Source of the DNA: Epithemia pelagica
Taxonomy: Eukaryota > Protista > Bacillariophyta
Reading direction: 5' to 3'
Assembly (NCBI GenBank): GCA_946965045.2
Contig: OX337238.1
Coordinates: forward strand, 2,480,001 to 2,544,000
Length of the DNA stretch: 64,000 nt
The notes below the pieces were generated by a model. That model searched no databases, was not told where the DNA came from, and saw nothing but the letters and a program-made list of their open reading frames with translations. This document shows, one piece after another, positions 56,043 through 64,000 of the stretch. Every line of letters begins with the position of its first letter. Positions within the stretch are counted from its first letter, which is position 1. Made by a program: the position numbers and the translations under genes.

Positions 56043-58170
56043 ATGATGAGGATCATGTTGGGCTGGACTCTGTGGCTCTTGGGTTGGACGCTGTTGGAAT
56101 GCGAGGCATGGACGACGCGAGCGCCACCCGCTTTGATTCGTCCGTCGGATCCTTCTCGTCGTCTTGCGGCTCCCTTGTGGAGTGCCCCGGACGAGAGTAC
56201 GAGCACCACTGCCACCACCAACGACAACAACAACGATAACAAGAAGGTCCAGGAAGTCGATGTGGTGGTGATTGGCAGTGGTGTGGGAGGGTTGTCCTGT
56301 GCCGCCTTGGCCGCCACCTATGGTCTGGACACTGTATGTGTGGAAGCGCACGATACACCGGGAGGAGTGGCCCATTCCTTTGACCGATACAGCAGTGCTT
56401 CCAAGACCATTCCCTTTCAATTTGATTCCGGACCGTCCCTCATTTCCGGCTTGTCGCGACCCGGAACCAATCCGTTGCGACAAGTCTTGGATGCGATTGG
56501 AACCAGCAACGACATACACTGGAAGACGTATGATGGATGGCTCGTCCATGACTTGGCCGATGGCCAAGCCTTCAAGGTGACAGTCGGCGACGGCGACGAA
56601 TTTGCCCAGGCCGTGGAACAAAAGGCCGGTCGGACCAGTCGATTGGAATTGGAACGCTTTCAAGCGACCATGTTGCAACCTCGTGGATTGGCCGAAGCCA
56701 GTACGTATATTCCTCCCTTTGCCTTAAGGGGTGGATGGGCCGCCGTGGCCAGTTTGGCTCGCTATACCCTCAAATTGTTGAGTATTGGACCGCGCGGTCT
56801 CGCCTTGACGGGTCCCTTTTCCAAAGTCTTGGACGAGAATCACGTGCACGACTTTTTTGTCCGACAATGGTTTGATTATTTGGCCTTTGCCTTGTCCGGA
56901 TTGGATGCGGCCCATACCCAAACGGCACCGATCGTGTATATGATGCGCGATTTGCATACGGCCGGTACCGTCCTCGATTATCCCATGGGAGGCATGGGAT
57001 CCTTGATTCAAGCATTAGTGTCGGGCTTGACCAACCATGGGGGACAACTCGTCCTCAATCGTCGCGTCGAACAAATCCTACTGGATGAAACCGAGGAGGA
57101 TGCGGAAAACGACTCCCCAAAGAGCCGCAACACCAAGGCATTCTGTCATGGTGTCGTCTTGGACGATGGGACTGTGATTCGGGCCCGACGCGGTGTCGTG
57201 TGCAATGCACCCTTGTGGAACATGGCGCGCATCTTGCAAGATTCCGTCACGGATCGGTCCACCGACGCGGTCCGTCACGCCGTCGAAACCGTCCAGAAAA
57301 ATGCCCAGGACTTGAACATGACCAAATCCTTTATGCATTTGCACTTGGGCATTCCCGCCGATGGTTTGCCCGAAAATTTGGAATGTCATCATTCCGTCTT
57401 GGACTTGAGTCAAGATGTGACGGCCGAACAAAACATGGTCATCTTGTCCATTCCCACTGTCTTTGATCCCAGTTTGGCTCCACCGGGCTATCACATTGTC
57501 CATGCCTACACGGCCGCCTGTGATTCCTTTGACCCCTGGCAAGACTTTTGTCCCGAAACGGGCAAGGTGGGCACGAGTCCCAATGCCGGTGCCGCCGCTC
57601 AGTATCGAACCCAAGACGGTTATGCCCACCTCAAGCAAGAGCGGGCCGAGGTGTTGTGGAAGGCGGTGGAATGTGTCATTCCCGACGTGCGCCAACGTGC
57701 GGCACAACCGGGTGCCCTGGCCTTGGTCGGCACGCCCTTGACGCATCGACGGTACAATCAACGATTTCGGGGAACCTATGGACCAGCACCCTCCGACAAT
57801 CAAGATGTCTGGGAGTTGGCCGGGGCCTTGACACCCATTCAAGATTTGTTGGCGTGTGGAGGTACGTGGTTGTACGACGGCGGCGCGGTCGCTGCGAGTC
57901 TCGAGTGGTGGTGGTGTTGTTGTGGCATTGGTGTCGGTGGTGGTTGCTACCTTATTATTGTTTCCGAGTCTCACAGTATTTCGTGTTCTTGTTTGTTTGT
58001 TTGTCTGGTTCTTCTTCCTTTCATTCGACCATTTTGTAGATACCACCTTTCCTGGTATTGGACTTCCAGGAGTAGCCGCTAGTGGAACAATTGCCGCCAA
58101 CACGTTGGCGTCCGTGGCACAGCAAACAAAACTCATGAAGGAACTCAAACAACAAGGATCACTCCAATAA
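56043..58170 (+). CDS. CRTISO: Carotenoid isomerase (CRTISO)/phytoene desaturase-family flavoprotein, join(56043..57861,58040..58170), ~649 aa, likely plastid targeted
   Basis: Signal peptide with A|W cleavage, VVIGSGVGGLSCAA FAD motif, FDSGPS, MGGMGSL, GTPLTH..Y..R..GTYGP, CG|GDTTFPGIGLPGVAASG across the intron. Confidence 0.8.
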
Positions 58171-58569
58171 GAATGGGAGTTCGAAAACACACCCTCTTTC
58201 AATTTGTGTTAACTATAGGCTATATAGCGTAGCCATTCCCTTGGTGTTTTGTGTTGTCCGTCCACAAATCGATTTATGTTACCTATAGATTGCAATGCCT
58301 GGAATCAGGACTCGAAGGGGTACCTTTCAAGTATCAACAAATGCGTGTTAAAATCAATAAATATCTGCACTTCAATATATCTGAGAAGCTGCTCCAATCC
58401 AAGTGCCCATCCACATACACTGTGCTCCATGATCATTGCGTCGCAATGCCAGCATGCCGTAATCCGTGGTACATACGACAGTCCGTGAACCTCATGCGCT
58501 TGTGGACACACACCGACTGAAACAGTGTTCCATTATTCAACAAGAAAACCATGTAAGATTTGCTTGCGG

Positions 58570-59397
58570 TCATTTGTCGGAGTACCGAAGCATTTTCTCT
58601 AGTCGAGTCACACGATCGTCCAATTTTCCTTGCATATCAACCAGCTGCGTTAGACTCTGTCTTTCCGCTGTACGCTCTTGACGTTCTTTCCGTAGTTCCT
58701 CCATCATTTCACCAACCGACGATTCCAATCTTGATAAGCGTTGAAAGACGGACAAGTCTTCACCTTCCAATGATTCACCTTCCATCGAACCACAACAAGA
58801 AACCTTGTCGCGAGGACAATTTCGAGGGGCTGTGATAGAATCAGGACTTTGAAAGAGTTTGGCTGCTGTGCACTCATCGCCCTCACGTGGCTCTCCACCG
58901 TCGATAGCCGCTTTCGTTTCTGCTTCGACATACTGGGACACTTGTACCATTTTGGCCGTGACAACCAACGCCAAAAGAGTGATTGCTTCCGTGGTCCCAT
59001 CCTGACAGTCACCGTTTGGGGATTCCATACCACGGACCCTTTTGGCGACTGCATTGGCCAAGTAACCCATGACGGTTACCAAGATTTTTGGTCCGGCTGT
59101 GCCTTCTTCTTCCGATGCTTCATTTTCCATATTACTTTCCATGACTCCATCATTTGACAAAGTCGCCATGGCTCTTTCGACGATTGCCAGACCCTCTTGG
59201 CATGCCTCATGCAGCTTTTCGTTTCCACTGTGATCCACGACGGAACAAATATGATGCATATCTCCGTAGTCCACAATGTCATCCAGAAGACAAAAAGAAT
59301 CTTGGCCAGGTAAATGATTAGGAGATAAAGCCTGTCCAAATGAAAGTGAATTCAGAATCGAGCAAACAACTGCAACCGACCCACGATTATGATCATG
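58570..59397 (-). CDS. Family C domain + coiled coil; probably the C-terminal part of the upstream Kelch gene
   Basis: LDDIVDYGDMHHICSVV...; in frame with 59398-60285 across one TAA. Confidence 0.6.
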   Translation of the reverse strand, partial: HDHNRGSVAVVCSILNSLSFGQALSPNHLPGQDSFCLLDDIVDYGDMHHICSVVDHSGNEKLHEACQEGLAIVERAMATLSNDGVMESNMENEASEEEGTAGPKILVTVMGYLANAVAKRVRGMESPNGDCQDGTTEAITLLALVVTAKMVQVSQYVEAETKAAIDGGEPREGDECTAAKLFQSPDSITAPRNCPRDKVSCCGSMEGESLEGEDLSVFQRLSRLESSVGEMMEELRKERQERTAERQSLTQLVDMQGKLDDRVTRLEKMLRYSDK

Positions 59398-61409
59398 TTA
59401 TTCCAATGCAACCTGAAAATCCTTCAGAGATCGCCCGACAGCTTGGACTTGTGTAAGAATGGCGGGGTGACAAACGCTCTCATTGGGGGTGTTTGCAGTA
59501 ACCTGTGATTGAGTTGAGGTTCGGGCTAGCATTTCGCCGACTCGAAATTCAATCATGGCAAGACTGCTTGCAAGAGAAGGCAGTGATGGCTCCGTAGATG
59601 TCACAGAATCTGCGTCATGTTCATCAATCCCATGAAGGAGGATGCCGTCGTCACGGCACTTTTGTATAATCCGCCCTTGCATTGTCTTGAGTTGACAGCT
59701 GCTCTTACAAATAGTTCTGGATGTCTCCTGGAGTACTTTTAATGTGCATCGTTGTCGATCATCTTTCGATATACGATTGGATCGGAAGAGGTGATTGAGA
59801 AAGGCGTAAAACACTTTGACTTGATGAACGTCTGAGACCAACAACGCCAAGTTGTAGGCCTTGAAAACAATGTCGTCAGAATCAACTTCCACAAGTTTTT
59901 TGTAGAAGGCATTCTCCAACACACAAGAGTCCGCGTGTCCCGTCGATCCGATGGAACTACTAGCAACTTTCCCATCATTCTGGTTCACCCCCTTGAGTTC
60001 AAGTTGTGCTTCCAGATTCTTTAGTTTTTGAACTATCGGGATTTTGTCTTTTATGACATTCATGCTGTCCAATCGAATGGTGAGATTGTTAATTTCATTT
60101 TGAATTTCTTGGACTGAGCGATATTTCTCAGTGGCACAAAGAGAACGTAAAACCGAATGCAACTCCTGTGCCTTGGCACCTTCTTGCAATATCTTGACGT
60201 CGGTACGTTCAATCTGTGCGCGATCAATGACAATCTGTAATTTCGCCATCTCCGCATCTAGTTCCGCCCGACACGAATAAAGATTCTACAACGTAGATAG
60301 AAACGGTTAGATTTTAGATGACACCAAGCTTTCCGCATCAACCATACCACCGTGATGAGCTGCATAACAAAACGTACCTTTTCAAGGGTTAAGGGCAAAG
60401 TAACGCATGACTCCACATCGTATCCACCAATAACGGCAATGCCGTTTCTAAAGACCAGCATACTGCATACAATACGTCCTCTGATCAAGGGTGGAAGGTT
60501 CCACACAATGCCATGTTCTGTATCTAAGACCTCCACGGTATCTTTAGAACCTCTATCTCCGGCAACAATGACACAGGATCCAACTGTCACGGCTGCATGG
60601 CAAGAACGTGGGACAGATAGAGCTAGGTCCGTGAAAGCCGTCCAGACACACGATGAGGAAAACACTGTATAAGTAGTCTCCTTGGTTCCATCCCCAGAAG
60701 TCTCCTTGAAGTGCAATGACTCTATTGATGTCAGGAAATCCGTCCCACTGAATCCTCCAACAACATAGATACGGTGGCCAACGACAGCACTTGCACAACC
60801 AGACCGAGGAACTGTCATTGATGGCCCCGCAATCACAGTGTGGTTACTTTGTACAGCCGTATCAATAACATCAACGGACGATAAAGCCTCTCCGTCAAAT
60901 CCACCCATGACAAGAATGTAACGATTGTAGACAGTAGCAGCCGAACAGTTTTTTCTTGGTGTAGATAACCGACAATTCAATATCGTCCAATGGTTCCTTG
61001 TTGTGCTTGCCGATGCCGCTGAACACAAGTTCTCAACATCAACCCGTTCGATCGTATCCAACTCTGAAAATCTAGTCCATCCTCCAATCACATACGCTCC
61101 TCCGTTACAAACAACGGCTGCATGATGCCCTCTTTTGTGGTTCAACGGCGGTCCTTCCTGCCATTGCTTGTTCTCTTCTTCCAAATTCAGCAACAGAACT
61201 GAGTTGGTTGCGTGATTACAGCTCCTGAGTCCTCCCAAAACTACAACCGTCTGTGCATCGTCATCCTGTAAGGGATGGTCTAGCACAACCGATGCATGAT
61301 TGTACCGCCATCCACCCAAAAGGGGAGGCCAGTCATTGACATTCCATTCCGGCCTCGCCAAGCCAAAGCCAAGCCCTGATTGCTTCGCTTGGTCTCGCAG
61401 TGTTGGCAT
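59398..61409 (-). CDS. Kelch propeller + coiled hairpin + 'E' domain protein, join(60378..61409,59398..60285), ~639 aa
   Basis: Repeated Kelch blades; GTACGT...TTGTAG phase-0 intron gives TLEK|NLYSCRAELDAEM. Confidence 0.8.
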
Positions 61410-62973
61410 GGTTGATTTGCGTTACAAAACTGAATTTATGGCCTGAGAAAAGAATGAAACACTTTGGAGTGTTCTCGTTCCAAGTCCGACAACATCACGA
61501 ATCGTAGCCGTGAACGACACTTGCGCCAGTCCAAAACTGTCCACGAAAAAAGTAAGTGCTACGCAAGAACCAAATTCGACCGATTGGATCCACGCCGCAG
61601 CCAATCCCACTTCAGACCGTAAAAGATTGAATCGACCGTGGTTTCTTGCCATGCCAGAGTTTGACAGGAAGGGAACAGGTGCATTGCCTGTCCACGCTGT
61701 CGGTCGTGGAACAGTGTGATCTGTTCCGAGATGCATTGGAGGTCCAAAAGTCAAAAAGGAAATGACCTTGACACCATCATCATGAGTGCGCGTTGACACG
61801 TTTTGCAACAGATTTCAGCGCATCCTCCTCAAAACCAAAACACATTGGAATCACGGTGCTTTTGGTACGTATAGATACGTTGTTCGTTGCATTCGGGAAA
61901 CCATTTCCGATTCCTTCCTGCTCGCAAAGTTCTGGAGGACTGACATGCACACGCTAGGTCTCCACCTTGCTACGCACGGAAATGCAAACCGAGAATGCTG
62001 CCATCATAGCCAAACGCTCTCTCATTGTCCAGGAGAGTAGTAGCATTGCCTCATCGTTTTCCGACATGAATTTGTGCAGGTAACCACAAAATATGGCATA
62101 CAAAAGCGCGCGGGGCGAATCAGCCCGAGAGACTGCCCGACGCGCGTGCGTGACGACGAATATTACACCAGAATCACAAATCACAAATCACAAATCACTT
62201 GCTCACAAAATCAAAGACGGAAGAAACACAGAACCATGACAAAAAGAAACGAAGAGGGAACGAAAGTATGGATTCGACACAACAGGTCCATTCGTATCGC
62301 CTCCTACAAGACGAGAAGAATGTGCGGTGGTGTCCGAGCATCGATCGAACATTCTTGAGACGACGTGCACGCGAATGTATGTGTTTGATCAATGTGCATC
62401 CTTCACACACGTGCCGGAGAGACAACAAGAGAAGTCGGGCCAACTGCAATGTCGTCGCCGTCGACACAACATCCAACAACCAACAAGGAATCCAAAGAGT
62501 CATGAGCTGATTACTATATGTGAGCGTCATGGTGGCCTGAGATCCGTGCAGACCCCAAGAGTACATAGAGTATCGCAAGGTTGTCAGCCGTCTGTTGATG
62601 ACGGGATAAATTTCGGGAGAAACCTCGTTCGCGCCATGGGAAGATAGAACCATGGCGTCGATACAACGGCCGGCAAACAACGGAAATAATCGTTGCTGAT
62701 TATAATTCAAGGTTAGTACAAGCAATGTTACTCCCATGCTTTTGGGGCAGGCGAAAAGGCTATAGGACTGGCTACCTGCCTTGTCTTCAAATTCGCAACC
62801 TACTCATTCTCACGCAACTTGTGTGTTGAATAAACTAGTAGTTACTTCGCCATGTGATTCTTATCGCTCAGGAGTCTCAACGTGACATCCTGGAAAAGCA
62901 ACCTCTGACCTAAACAATCGTATAAGGGCAACCAGTTCAAGAATAACAACGGATACAAAAGGTTCTACTTTAT

Positions 62974-64000
62974 TCACCGGTTCCACTGTCTGCCCATGGA
63001 TGTTTTTCTGGATGTTGTGGTTCGTGTTGTGTTGGATGTCTCGTTTAATCTCGAAGCTGCACGTTGCTTCGGCTGTGCTGGTTTTCTGGTGGTTGTTGTT
63101 CGTGTTGTGTTGGATGTCGTGTTTAATCTCGAAGCTGCAGACGAAGCTGCACGTTGTTGGGGCTGTGATTGTGCCGGCATGAATCGAGTCGAAGTTTGTA
63201 ATGTTGTTCTGGCAATAGGAGTAGCCGGTTCCATTCTGGGAGCATATGCTGGAGGATTGATCATTGGATTCTCCGTCACAACTTGGACCCGTCTCAATGG
63301 AAGCGCACTCGGTTCAAGACAAGCCGGCTCTATTCTGGGAGCATATGCAGGCGGATATATCGTTGAATAATCATCCGTCACAACTTGTACCGCATCAGTC
63401 ACGATAATAATGTCTTCCTCAACTGGAGCAGAAGCGTTCGCTTTACTCATTGCCCTTGTTGTGACTTTTGACGCCATTGATGAACAAATATCCTCATTCG
63501 ACAATCCCACAGAGTAACGGGTCACCCCATTCAGCTCAAGGAGTGATTTGAGTTTTTGAATTTTTCTGCCGATTGGAATTTTGTCTTGAATGACCATTGT
63601 GTTTCTTATTTCAACTGTAAGCTGGTCAATCTCCTTTTGAATTTGTTGGACCGACCGAAATTTTTCATCGTCACAGAGGGATAATAACAGTGGCAGCAAA
63701 GATTCAGCCTTGACACCCTCTTTCCACAGCGCCTCATCGTCATCGCTGTAACCAACAGCGGCATTTGCCAGTTGAATCTCATTGTTGAGTTTTTCCATTT
63801 CCGCGTCTAGTTCCATTCGACACGAAAACATTTTCTGCCAAGTACAGAATCTGTAAGACTTGATAGTGCCAAGCCGAAAAGGGCGCAGTTAAAGCCACAC
63901 AATACAACGTACCTTGAGCTGCTCTTTCTTGTCAATCAACATCAGTGTCTCACATGAATCCACCTTGTCACCTCCAACAACGGCAATGCCAGTTTTGTAG
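62974..64000 (-). CDS. 3' end of another Kelch + coiled-hairpin gene (runs off the window), intron 63835-63912
   Basis: TGIAVVGGDKVDSCETLML..EQLK|KMFSCRMELDAEM matches the 59398-61409 junction; C-terminal 54-bp duplication and two PPAY motifs. Confidence 0.75.

Noticed and set aside
61422-62737. Short ORFs between the last two Kelch genes
   Set aside because: Overlapping ORFs on both strands with no motifs; treated as intergenic or unsupported.

Overview
Eukaryotic, probably diatom, genomic DNA. The evidence is CoDi-type Ty1/copia elements, short GT-AG introns and a carotenoid isomerase with a bipartite plastid-targeting-like N-terminus. The first ~52 kb is a decaying, segmentally duplicated accessory cluster. 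A module of Kelch gene, unknown 'C-domain' gene, short Kelch pseudogene, conserved ~50-bp motif and coiled-coil gene recurs 4-5 times in both orientations. Several copies carry a different transposon. There are three unrelated full-length Ty1/copia elements (4926-12329, 19773-26045, 31067-39068), a mini Ty3/gypsy relic nested in the LTR of the third (31195-31969), and an intact piggyBac (40061-43945). The piggyBac carries a convergent second ORF and sits inside a small inverted-repeat element. A 1.6-kb inverted-repeat-bounded segment holds a captured typA/BipA fragment (13631-15260). A 212-nt rod-like hairpin with same-strand purine-rich internal loops lies at 3013-3224. Ordinary-looking genes are a JmjC oxygenase, a Methyltransf_22-like protein, a Spondin_N protein, a CRTISO-like isomerase and Kelch/coiled-coil genes. 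No rRNA, tRNA gene or CRISPR array was seen. All alignments were done by eye and no database searches were run.
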